Source of the DNA: Alphaproteobacteria bacterium
Lineage (GTDB): Bacteria > Pseudomonadota > Alphaproteobacteria > CALKHQ01
Reading direction: 5' to 3'
Length of the DNA: 64,000 bases
Assembly (NCBI GenBank): GCA_965227515.1
Contig: CBDDFZ010000001.1
Coordinates: 928,001 to 992,000 of the forward strand
Position 1 is the first letter of the stretch. Every line of letters begins with the position of its first letter. The notes under the pieces were generated by a model, which worked only from the letters and a program-made list of their open reading frames with translations, had not been told where the DNA came from and did not search any database. Shown in pieces: positions 48,845 to 57,763 of the stretch. Position numbers and translations under genes: made by a program.

Positions 48845-49348
48845 ATGGCCCTGGACATCGACCACTACCGGACGTTCGCGCGCTACAACGCGTGGGCGAA
48901 TTCGCGTCTCTATGACGCGTGCGCGGACCTGAGCGCGGAGGAATACCACGCCGACCGGCCGGTGTTCTTCCGCTCCATCCACGGCACGCTGAACCACATC
49001 ATGGTCGGCGACCGGATGTGGGTGGCGCGGCTGGACGGCGGCATGGCCGACATCAAGACGCTTGATACGATCCTCTACGCCGACCTGGCGGCCCTGCGCG
49101 CGGCGCGCGAGGCCGATGACGCCGACCTGATCGTGCGCACCGACCGGATGACGAACGACGACCTGGCCACCATTCTCAGCTACAAGACAGCGACCATGGG
49201 CGACCAGACATCGCCGGTGCACGAGATGCTGACCCATCTGTTCAACCACCAGACCCACCATCGCGGCCAGGTCCACGGCTGCCTCAGCCAAACGGCGGTG
49301 GCGCCACCGCAACTGGACCTGATGTACTATCTGAGGGACGTCAATTGA
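48845..49348 (+). CDS. DinB family protein
   Basis: YNAWAN, FF.SI.GTLNH, HLFNHQTHHRGQ. Confidence 0.93.
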   Translation: MALDIDHYRTFARYNAWANSRLYDACADLSAEEYHADRPVFFRSIHGTLNHIMVGDRMWVARLDGGMADIKTLDTILYADLAALRAAREADDADLIVRTDRMTNDDLATILSYKTATMGDQTSPVHEMLTHLFNHQTHHRGQVHGCLSQTAVAPPQLDLMYYLRDVN

Positions 49349-49842
49349 GCGCTCAACCCCCCTTTGGCCAGCCCCCCTTTGGCCAGCCCCCGTTTGGTCA
49401 ACCTCCGTTTCGGGGCCAGTGCCTGTGCGGCGCGGTCCGCTACACCGCCACCGCGCCCAGCCTGTGGGCCGCGCACTGCCACTGCGGCTACTGCCGCAAG
49501 GCGCAGTCGGCCGCGTTCGCCACCTGGGTCGGCTTCCAGGCCGACACGGTGGAGATCGAGGGCGCGGAGCATTTGAGCTGGTACGGGCCGACCGAGTACG
49601 CCGAGCGCGCGTTCTGCACCAAGTGCGGCACCACGATCTTCTACCGCTCCGAAACAGGCGCGCCGGGCGAGTTGCACATCACCCTGATGTCGTTCGACGA
49701 CCCGATCGACCGCGCACCGCAGGCGCATGCGTTCTACGACCACCGCGTGCCGTGGCTGGAGGGGATCGACGACCTGAAGAAGCGCACGTCCGACAGCGCG
49801 ATGCTGGCGCCCTACACCGCGATCCCGAAGCTGGACGAGTAG
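49345..49842 (+). CDS. GFA/CENP-V family Zn protein with N-terminal QPPFG repeats
   Basis: G.CLCGAV.Y, HCHC..CRK, R.FC..CG; TTG start overlapping the upstream TGA. Confidence 0.9.
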   Translation: MSAQPPFGQPPFGQPPFGQPPFRGQCLCGAVRYTATAPSLWAAHCHCGYCRKAQSAAFATWVGFQADTVEIEGAEHLSWYGPTEYAERAFCTKCGTTIFYRSETGAPGELHITLMSFDDPIDRAPQAHAFYDHRVPWLEGIDDLKKRTSDSAMLAPYTAIPKLDE

Positions 49843-49911
49843 GGGGCTCCAAGCACAAGACCTGCAAGCTTGTGCCCAAGGCATTCGATCATTGGTGGAG
49901 CGTTGCCATTT

Positions 49912-50140
49912 CCCTCTCCCAGCGGTACGCGCGGGAGAGGGAGGGGCCCGCGAACCGCAGGTTCGTGGGAGGGTGAGGGTCAGGGCTGTTGCGTATGCCC
50001 TTCCACAGCATTGAGGACAAGATCGCCGGTCTCTTGCCCACGACAATGGGAGATCGCAACCGACCGCGCCGTGCCCCTCACCTTCCCAGCCTGCGGCTGG
50101 GCCCCTTCCTCTCCCGCACCGCTGCGCGGCGGGGAGAGGA
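49912..50140. repeat. Composite palindromic element type D (inverted copy)
   Basis: Units are reverse-complement homologues of 16437-16677; same 95-bp spacer length. Confidence 0.85.
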
Positions 50141-50154
50141 GACAGGAGCGCGCG

Positions 50155-51540
50155 TCAGCCCCGCTTCCAGGTGGTGCCCGCAGGCCCATCCTCCAGCACA
50201 ATGCCGGCCTCGGCGAGGGCGTCGCGGATGCGGTCGGCCTCGGCGAAGTCCTTCGCCTTGCGGGCCTCGGCGCGCGCAAGAATCTGCTCTTCAATCCACA
50301 CTACATCTTCAGATGTCGAGCCTTTGAACCAACGGGCAGGCCCAGCCTCTAAGAACCCCAACAACGCTGCATTTTGCTGGAAAGTCGTTCGCATGCCGGC
50401 GGCAACTGAATCTTTGGAATTCAGTATCTCGGTTGCCTGTCTATCCAAGATGGTTATTGCAAGTGGCGTGTTGAGGTCGTCGCAAAGGGCATCGAGAAAT
50501 GCCATTTCCTCCGCCAAATCCACCTCAATTTCTTTGGGCTCTGGCAGCGATTGCGTCCGCTCTAGGGCACGATACCAACGATCAAGTTTCGCCCGTGCTT
50601 CGGCCACCCCCGCCTTGGTGAAGTCGATCGGCTGGCGGTAGTGGGTGCGTAGCAGGGTGAGCCTGAGCGCCTCGCCAGGGAACTCGTCCAGCAGTTCGCG
50701 CACGGTGTAGAAGTTGCCGAGCGACTTCGACATCTTCTCACCCTCGGCCATCAGGAAGCCGTTGTGCATCCAATAGTGTGCGAACGCCTCGCCCGGGTTG
50801 GCGCAACGGCTCTGCGCCAGCTCGTTCTCATGGTGCGGGAAGGTGAGGTCGATGCCGCCGCCATGGATGTCGAAGGTCGGGCCGAGATAGCGCTCGCTCA
50901 TCGCCGAGCATTCGATGTGCCAGCCCGGGCGGCCCCGGCCCCAGGGGCTGTCCCAGCCCGGCTGGCTGTCGTCCGACGGCTTCCAGAGCACGAAATCGGC
51001 CGGATCGCGCTTGTAAGGGGCCACGTCCACGCGCGCGCCGGCGATCATCTCGTCGCGGTTGCGGCCGGACAGGCGCCCGTAATCGGCCATCGACGGCACG
51101 TTGAACAGCACGTGGCCCTCGGCCTCATAGGCGTTGCCGGCGGCGATCAGCCGCTCGATCATCGCGATCATGTCGCCGACATGGGCGGTGGCGTGCGGGC
51201 GCTGGTCGGGCGGGGCCACGCCGAGCGCGCCCATATCCTCGATGTACTGCCGCTCGGTGCGTTCGGTCAGCGCGTCGATGGTCTCGCCGTTGGCGGCGGC
51301 CCGGTCCATGATCTTGTCGTCGATGTCGGTGACGTTGGACACGTACGTCACGTGGTCGGCGCCGTAGGTATGGCGCAGCAGCCGGATCAGCACGTCGAAC
51401 ACCACCGCCGGGCGCGCGTTGCCGATGTGGGCGTAGTCGTAGACCGTGGGCCCGCAGACATAGACCCGCACGTTGTCATCGTCGATGGCGACGAATTCGC
51501 GCTTGGCGCGGGCGAGCGTGTCGTGGATGTGGATCGGCAT
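50155..51540 (-). CDS. cysS: Cysteine--tRNA ligase
   Basis: [52 protein letters not shown]. Confidence 0.97.
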   Translation of the reverse strand: MPIHIHDTLARAKREFVAIDDDNVRVYVCGPTVYDYAHIGNARPAVVFDVLIRLLRHTYGADHVTYVSNVTDIDDKIMDRAAANGETIDALTERTERQYIEDMGALGVAPPDQRPHATAHVGDMIAMIERLIAAGNAYEAEGHVLFNVPSMADYGRLSGRNRDEMIAGARVDVAPYKRDPADFVLWKPSDDSQPGWDSPWGRGRPGWHIECSAMSERYLGPTFDIHGGGIDLTFPHHENELAQSRCANPGEAFAHYWMHNGFLMAEGEKMSKSLGNFYTVRELLDEFPGEALRLTLLRTHYRQPIDFTKAGVAEARAKLDRWYRALERTQSLPEPKEIEVDLAEEMAFLDALCDDLNTPLAITILDRQATEILNSKDSVAAGMRTTFQQNAALLGFLEAGPARWFKGSTSEDVVWIEEQILARAEARKAKDFAEADRIRDALAEAGIVLEDGPAGTTWKRG

Positions 51541-51834
51541 GGCGCTGACGTTCATCGGGTATGGCGTTCGGGAGCGCCGTCATAGCACGACGCCGCGCGC
51601 GCACAACCCCATGCCGCTTGCCCAGTGCCTGTTCCAGGCGCGCAAAGGCCGCCTGCCTTTCGACACGCGGCCTGCAACTTGAGATCGGACGACCCGATCG
51701 AAACGTCAGGTCAGAAGCCAGCGCGGCAATCCTCCCCACCCACACAGGCGGGATTGAAGAGGGTGCCGGGGGGCGGCTACCGATCTAGTTTGGTCGTGCT
51801 GGGATCGGTTGTACTGGGATCAGCCGTGCTTGGA

Positions 51835-52068
51835 TCAGTCGTATTGGGACTGATCGTAGATGTAGCCCGCGGCCGCGCCCACGCCGGCGCCGATCAGGCC
51901 ACCGGCCACCGGGTTGCCGTCGGTCAGTGCCGCACCGGCCGCGCCGACGCCGGCGCCGAGCGCGCCGCCGGACAGCACGCGCTGCTCGGTGTTGTTCAGG
52001 CCAGCGCAACCGGCCAGGCCAAGGGCGAGGATCGTCGCGGGCAGAACGAAGTTGAAGCGGCTCTTCAT
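51835..52068 (-). CDS. Small glycine-zipper lipoprotein A
   Basis: Lipobox LAGC, TEQRVLSGGALGAG, AGGAGG RBS. Confidence 0.85.
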   Translation of the reverse strand: MKSRFNFVLPATILALGLAGCAGLNNTEQRVLSGGALGAGVGAAGAALTDGNPVAGGLIGAGVGAAAGYIYDQSQYD

Positions 52069-52260
52069 GACAACCTCCTGAACGATGGTCTTCATCGCGG
52101 AAAGTGTCCGCTAAGTCGTCCCAAGATCAATTGGGGCCATTCTGGGCTATTTCAAGGCAGGATTGTGCCGATGCATTAATTGTTCGACATGAACCCGTAA
52201 TGATCGTCCGTCGATCAGCATCCACGAGACTGTCGACCGGCACACAGGCCTTGCTACGCC

Positions 52261-52494
52261 CTAGTCGTCGTCCAACTGATCGACGACATAGCCGGCCGCG
52301 GCACCCACCACGCCGCCGACCACGGCACCGCAGGTGATGCAGCCACCGGTCAGCGCGGTGCCGATGACGCCGGCGCCGGCGCCGAGCGCGCCGCCCGAGA
52401 GCACGCGTTCTTCGGTGGAATCAAGCCCGGCGCAGCCTGATACAAGCAGGGTTGCAACCACGGCACCCGTCAAAGGGGCGAACAGCCTTGGCAT
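52261..52494 (-). CDS. Small glycine-zipper lipoprotein B (paralog of A, with CxxC)
   Basis: Lipobox VSGC, TEERVLSGGALGAG, GGCITCG, AGGAG RBS. Confidence 0.85.
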   Translation of the reverse strand: MPRLFAPLTGAVVATLLVSGCAGLDSTEERVLSGGALGAGAGVIGTALTGGCITCGAVVGGVVGAAAGYVVDQLDDD

Positions 52495-52731
52495 CGGAAT
52501 CTCCTGGTCAAAACGGTGCGCGCACACCCCCGCTATCGTCGACCCCACATCACATTAACAATAACTCATAGTCAACTGCGATTCAAAGATTATTTCATTC
52601 TGCACCGTGGATGTCCCGTTACCGGTTGTCCATGATGGCCGCGCGCCGACACAGGCCGATCGGCCTGGGCGTGATCGGTCATACGTGGCATGATCGACCG
52701 CAACAATCGACAAGACCCGAGGAAACCGACC

Positions 52732-53598
52732 ATGGCACGTCCGTTGCCAATCGCCATTGCGCAATTCCTGGCCGTCGACGGCGACAAGGCCGGCAATCTG
52801 GCCAAGGCGCTGGATGCCATCGACACCGCGGCGGACAACGGCGCGCGCCTGGTCGTGCTGCCGGAACTGTTCACTGGCCTGGGCTATCGCGACGAGGGCT
52901 CGTACCGCACCGAACTTGCCGAGCCCATTCCCGGCCCGATCTTCGAGGCGCTGGCGGCACGTGCCCACCAGCACGGTGTCTACGTCACCGGCAGCTACTA
53001 CGAGGTCCGCGACGGCGCCTACCACAACGCCGCGCCGCTGATCGGGCCGGACGGCGGCCTGATCGGCATCTATCGCAAGACCCACCTGTTCGACGTGCCC
53101 AACCGGGTCGACATTCCGCCCGGCATCATCGAATCGCGCAAGGTCGCGCCGGGCCGGGAACTGCCGGTGTTCGATACCGACTTCGGGCGCATCGGCATCA
53201 CCATCTGCGCCGACCTGCGCTTCGGCGAGGTCTATCGCGCGATGGCGCTGAAGGGCGCGACCGCCATCCTGTGCATCTCCGCCTTCCTCAGCCCCAGGCT
53301 CGACCACTGGGAGTTCCTGCTGCGCGCCCGCGCCACCGACAACCAGGTCTGGATGATCGCCAGCGGCCAGGTCGGCAAGGACGCCACTTCCGGTGTCGCG
53401 TTCGCCGGCCGGTCGATGGTTGTCGACCCATGGGGCGTGGTCACCGCCACCGCCAGCGACGATGAGACCACCGTGCAGTCGACCGTCGATCTCGACTATG
53501 TGGACGTGATCAGGGGGCGCTGGAACCTGTTGGCGCAGCGCCGGCCGGAGCTCTATGGCGACGACACGGCGGGCGGCAGGGCCGAAGCCGCGGAGTAG
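52732..53598 (+). CDS. Carbon-nitrogen hydrolase (nitrilase superfamily)
   Basis: LPEL (Glu), YRKTHLFD (Lys), ICADLRF (Cys), ARA.DNQ, G.S.VVDPWG. Confidence 0.93.
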   Translation: MARPLPIAIAQFLAVDGDKAGNLAKALDAIDTAADNGARLVVLPELFTGLGYRDEGSYRTELAEPIPGPIFEALAARAHQHGVYVTGSYYEVRDGAYHNAAPLIGPDGGLIGIYRKTHLFDVPNRVDIPPGIIESRKVAPGRELPVFDTDFGRIGITICADLRFGEVYRAMALKGATAILCISAFLSPRLDHWEFLLRARATDNQVWMIASGQVGKDATSGVAFAGRSMVVDPWGVVTATASDDETTVQSTVDLDYVDVIRGRWNLLAQRRPELYGDDTAGGRAEAAE

Positions 53599-53688
53599 GC
53601 GGGGCCGGCGCGTTTCCAGGTAACTATGCAGTTAATTAGCGGCGTGCTAGGGTCCGTCCCAATCATCTGAATAAGGGGAGGGGATGCC

Positions 53689-54735
53689 ATGCAACCGACC
53701 GATCGGGTCAAGGTGGGCCACGGCGATCTGGAGGTGACCGCACTATCGTTCGGGGCGGCCCCCATCGGCAATTTCGTGCGCGAGATGAGCGAGGAGGATG
53801 CCGGCGCGTTGGTCGCGCGTGCCTGGGATGTGGGCCTGCGCTACTTCGACACCGCCCCCTACTACGGCCATGGACTGTCGGAACTGCGCACCGGCCAGGG
53901 GCTGCGCTGGAAGAATCGCGACGACTATGTCGTGTCCTCGAAAGTCGGGCGGCTGCTGAAGCCGGCGCCGCGCGGCGCGATCGACTTCACCCCTTGGGCC
54001 AATGCGGGCGCCTTTCGCTGCGCGTTCGACTATTCCTACGATGGCACCATGCGCTCTATCGAGGACTCCCTGCAACGGCTGGCGCTGGAGCGCATCGACA
54101 TCGCCTTCATCCACGACTGCGATCACTTCACCCACGGCGACCGGGCCGAAGAGATGTTCGAGGCCGCGATGAAAGGTGCCGCCCCGGCCCTGCTCAAGCT
54201 ACGCGACGAGGGCGTGGTCAAGGCGGTCGGGCTGGGCATCAACGAGTGGCAGTTGTGCGAGGAGTCGCTGAAGCGCCACGACCTGGACTGCTTCCTGCTC
54301 GCCGGGCGCTACACGCTGCTGGAGCAGGAGTCGCTCGACGGCTTCATGCCGCTGTGCGAGGCGCGCAATGCCTCCGTCGTCATCGGCGGCGGCTTCAACT
54401 CTGGCATCCTGGCCAAGGGCACCATCGAGGGCGCGCGCTACAACTATGCACCGGCGCCGCCGGAGGTGATGGACAAGGCGGCCAGGATCGAGGCGGTTTG
54501 CAGGGTCCACCAAGTCCCGCTGGGGGCCGCGGCCATGCAGTTCGTGATGGCACACCCGGCGGTCTCGTCGTTCATCGCCGGCGTGCGCACCGTCGCGCAA
54601 CTCGACCAGAACGTCGAATGGTTCAGCCACCCGATCCCGGGCGAGATTGTGGACGGAACTGAAGGCGCAAGGCCTGGTGCGGGAGGATGCGCCGACGCCG
54701 TGAGGCGTCTTCGGGCCAGCCGGTGCCGGACCTGA
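53689..54735 (+). CDS. Aldo/keto reductase (D-threo-aldose/pyridoxal dehydrogenase-like), apparent frameshift near the 3' end
   Basis: FG.APIGN, FDTAPYYG.GLSE, SSKVGRLL, FDYSYDG, LLAGRYTLL; the family-type tail LWTELKAQGLVREDAPTP* is in another frame ending at 54703. Confidence 0.88.
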   Translation: MQPTDRVKVGHGDLEVTALSFGAAPIGNFVREMSEEDAGALVARAWDVGLRYFDTAPYYGHGLSELRTGQGLRWKNRDDYVVSSKVGRLLKPAPRGAIDFTPWANAGAFRCAFDYSYDGTMRSIEDSLQRLALERIDIAFIHDCDHFTHGDRAEEMFEAAMKGAAPALLKLRDEGVVKAVGLGINEWQLCEESLKRHDLDCFLLAGRYTLLEQESLDGFMPLCEARNASVVIGGGFNSGILAKGTIEGARYNYAPAPPEVMDKAARIEAVCRVHQVPLGAAAMQFVMAHPAVSSFIAGVRTVAQLDQNVEWFSHPIPGEIVDGTEGARPGAGGCADAVRRLRASRCRT

Positions 54736-54759
54736 CGCGCCTTGGAGGTTAGCGGGGCT

Positions 54760-55131
54760 TCAGAGGTTGGCCGGGTCGGTCTCGACCCAGATTTCGAACT
54801 CGTCGCGGCAATAGATCTCGACCTCCACGCTCGCCTCCGGGCTCGGCTGGTAGGTCGTATCGCGGCAGAATTCGCCGGCCCCATTCTGCGTCGTGGTCAA
54901 GATGGTGATCCGCGAGACCTCCTCGGTCTCCGGGTCCATCCACTCAAGCGCTTCGCCGTCCGGCAGGTACTCCAGCGCGCGCTGGGTCGAGACCGCGCGC
55001 GCATCTTCCGTGCTGGAGGCGGCCCCGAAAGGGTCGCCGAACAGGGCACATCCGGCAATGGTGTGGACAAGAACACCGGCCGGCGCCAAGCGCAGCCAGA
55101 ACCGGCTCGAGGCGGCAAATTGCATCAACAT
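54760..55131 (-). CDS. Small RT0821-like putative lipoprotein
   Basis: IAGC lipobox-like site; Q.ALE..PDG....W..P.T......T......CR......YCR.....W matches the 17-kDa-antigen C-terminal pattern. Confidence 0.65.
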   Translation of the reverse strand: MLMQFAASSRFWLRLAPAGVLVHTIAGCALFGDPFGAASSTEDARAVSTQRALEYLPDGEALEWMDPETEEVSRITILTTTQNGAGEFCRDTTYQPSPEASVEVEIYCRDEFEIWVETDPANL

Positions 55132-55193
55132 ATGAACGCGTCTCTACAAGGCTTCGGTTGGTTTCAACGCAGTGCTCTGGCTACCTCAACGCG

Positions 55194-55209
55194 GTTAATC
55201 AACGGCTAA
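55194..55209 (-). promoter_or_regulatory. CtrA-like box
   Basis: Minus strand TTAG-CCGTTGA-TTAAC, one mismatch to TTAA-N7-TTAAC, upstream of 54760..55131. Confidence 0.45.
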
Positions 55210-55279
55210 GCCATGCATCGCAGCGGGTCCGCAACGCCAGGGCCTGGGCGTCCTGGAACATCCTTCATCGGCCCCGCCG

Positions 55280-57553
55280 TCATGCGATCGCCCGGGAAGG
55301 GAACTGATCCCTGGCGGCATCCGGATCGGCCAGCCGCAGTGCCAGCGTCACCGTCGTGCCAGAGCCGGGCTGCGAGGTGATCGTCACCCGGCCGCCGTGC
55401 CGCTCCACGCACGACCGCGTCACGTTCAGGCCGATCCCCATGCCGCCGTGATGCCGCGACGTTGCGGCTTCCAGCTGCCCGAATGGCCGCAGCACCTGTT
55501 CGATTTCTTCGGCGGTCATGCCGGGGCCACGGTCGCTGACGGCGATCTGCACTGTCGGCTCGTCATCGGTCACCGCCGCCGAGACCACCACCTCGCCGCC
55601 GGGTTTGCTGAACTGCACCGCATTGCGGATCACGTGCATCAGCGCGCGTCCCAGTTCTTCGGGCGTACCGAGCACCAACAACGCGCATACGCGATCGCTG
55701 GCTCGGTCCACCAATAATGAAACGTCGCGGGACTCGGCCATGGTCAGCAGGTTGGACCTGGCGGCGTCGAGAATGGCGCCGACGGCAATGCGCGGGACGT
55801 CCGCCCCCGTCGCATGCTGGCCAGCCTGGGCGATATTCAAGATGTCGGTGACGATTTCGAGCAGGTTGTCGGACGCCGTCTCGATATGAGCGACATAGTC
55901 GCGCTGCTGCTCGGACAGCGCGCCCGCTATCCCGCTCTCCAGCAACGAGGTGAAACCCTTGATGTGGTTCAGCGGTGTGCGCAGCTCATGGCTGGCCGTG
56001 GCCAGGAAGTCGGCCTTCGACCGCTCCGCCTCCACCTGGGATTCCAGGGCAAATCGGCGCATGGTCTCCAGGCGCCGTTTCTCGCTGACGTCGCGGAACA
56101 GGAACACATAGTGCCGGTCGCGTGAGATTTCGCGGCCAGGCTGCTGCTCCGCTTCGATGCTGGCCAGGGCCAGTTCCAGATCCAGGTCGGAGCCGTCGGC
56201 GTGGGTGCCGGTCACATCCACCGGGTAGCGGGTCCTCGGCACATCGCTGCCGGTCCGAACCATGGCAAGCAAGGCGGCGAGGAATGGATCGGCCGGGCTG
56301 ATCAGCGAGACGGCGTCACGCCCGGCCAGATCGTCCAGTTCCCGGCCGAACACGGCAAGGCATGCCGGGTTGGCAATCAGGACGACCCCGTGCCGATCCG
56401 TGATCAGCACAGCGTCGATGCTGGTGTCGACCACGCTGCGCAGCAGGGCCTGGCGGCGCGCGACCTCGCGATTCTGCTCGGCGATGCGCCGCGACTGCGC
56501 TTGCATGTGGCGCCCGGCCTGCACGGCATAAGCCACCAGCAGCGACACCATCACCGGCGCCAGATCGAGCTTCAGCGACCAGATCGCATAGAGCAACTCG
56601 GCCAACACGAACAGCCCGGCAATCTGCAGCACTGCGGGGACCAGGGCATCGATCAGCCCCTGCTCACGCTGCAGGCCCGGGGCCGCGGCCGCCACCAGGC
56701 AGAGCGCAAGCACGAACCAGAGGGCGTCCAAGGCGCTGACGGTACGGCCTTGGGCCAGACTCTCGTATCCGGTCGCGATGACCAAGGGGCCGGGGAGATT
56801 GCCCCACCGCGGCACGGTCAGCATGTCGCCAAGTTCGATCGCCGAGGCGCCGACCAGGACCGAACGGCCTTGCACGATCGCCGGGTCGAACTGCCCGGTA
56901 AGCACATCGGCGAACGACACACGCGGCAGCGTGCGGATGTCGATGGCGAAGTCGATCAGGAAGGTCTCGGCCGTGTCCGGCGGCACACCGCCCAACAGCG
57001 CCGTGGCCATGCTCGGCACCGTCTGCCCGTCAATTCTTTCCACCGTGTTCATACTGCGGACGATGCCATCGCCGTCGGGGCGCACGTTGATCGATGCCAG
57101 ATTGGCATCGCGCATCAAGGCGGGAATCGGCCGGTCGACCACTGTGTCGAAGCCGCCTTCCGGTCGCGGGACTGGCTGCCGGAATATGGGCAGGATCAAC
57201 CGGTCGCCCGCGCGCGCGGCGGCGGCCGCCAGCAGATTGTCGTGGGCTTCGACCGACGGACTGGAGAAGCTGACGTCGAAGGCTATGCGCTCCGCCCCGG
57301 CTTCCAACAAGCGATCCAGCACAATGGCATGGTGGCCGCGCGGCCAGGGCCACTGCTCCAACCGTTGCAGGCTCGGCGCATCGATCTCCACGATCACCAG
57401 GTTGCCGCCGGCGGCAACGTCTTGCGTACGCATGCGCAGGTCGTGCAGCCCGTTGTCGACCAGACGAAATCCGCCGAATGCATAGACCGCCACTGCCAGC
57501 ACCGCGATGGCGATGACTTCACCGAACCAGCAGCATGTTCGCTTAGTCACCAA
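55280..57553 (-). CDS. CHASE2-PAS sensor histidine kinase
   Basis: IVEID..SL....WPWPR, I.FD..F, N..PD.DG..R, VLVGA (CHASE2); 3 TM; PAS; SHELRTPL; NAVQFS, D.GPGM, G.GIGL. Confidence 0.92.
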   Translation of the reverse strand: MVTKRTCCWFGEVIAIAVLAVAVYAFGGFRLVDNGLHDLRMRTQDVAAGGNLVIVEIDAPSLQRLEQWPWPRGHHAIVLDRLLEAGAERIAFDVSFSSPSVEAHDNLLAAAAARAGDRLILPIFRQPVPRPEGGFDTVVDRPIPALMRDANLASINVRPDGDGIVRSMNTVERIDGQTVPSMATALLGGVPPDTAETFLIDFAIDIRTLPRVSFADVLTGQFDPAIVQGRSVLVGASAIELGDMLTVPRWGNLPGPLVIATGYESLAQGRTVSALDALWFVLALCLVAAAAPGLQREQGLIDALVPAVLQIAGLFVLAELLYAIWSLKLDLAPVMVSLLVAYAVQAGRHMQAQSRRIAEQNREVARRQALLRSVVDTSIDAVLITDRHGVVLIANPACLAVFGRELDDLAGRDAVSLISPADPFLAALLAMVRTGSDVPRTRYPVDVTGTHADGSDLDLELALASIEAEQQPGREISRDRHYVFLFRDVSEKRRLETMRRFALESQVEAERSKADFLATASHELRTPLNHIKGFTSLLESGIAGALSEQQRDYVAHIETASDNLLEIVTDILNIAQAGQHATGADVPRIAVGAILDAARSNLLTMAESRDVSLLVDRASDRVCALLVLGTPEELGRALMHVIRNAVQFSKPGGEVVVSAAVTDDEPTVQIAVSDRGPGMTAEEIEQVLRPFGQLEAATSRHHGGMGIGLNVTRSCVERHGGRVTITSQPGSGTTVTLALRLADPDAARDQFPSRAIA

Positions 57554-57763
57554 TTCGTGTATCCATCAACAACGCTGGCCATGAAATTGCCCGATGCCGG
57601 CGGCGCTGCGCTTGCGCGGCACCCGAAACCGTCCGCTTGACTGTGATGTTACGGATATCTAACAAATTTGAAATGATCTCGCTTTGATAAGGGGCCGACT
57701 TGGTATTTCTGTGTGCGTGACCCGGCCTCGGTTCGGTTGGGTATGTCATTGGGAACTCTTGGC

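Noticed and set aside
51560-51790. Possible riboswitch or T-box upstream of cysS
   Set aside because: No T-box or known aptamer consensus recognisable by eye; an Rfam cmscan would settle it.
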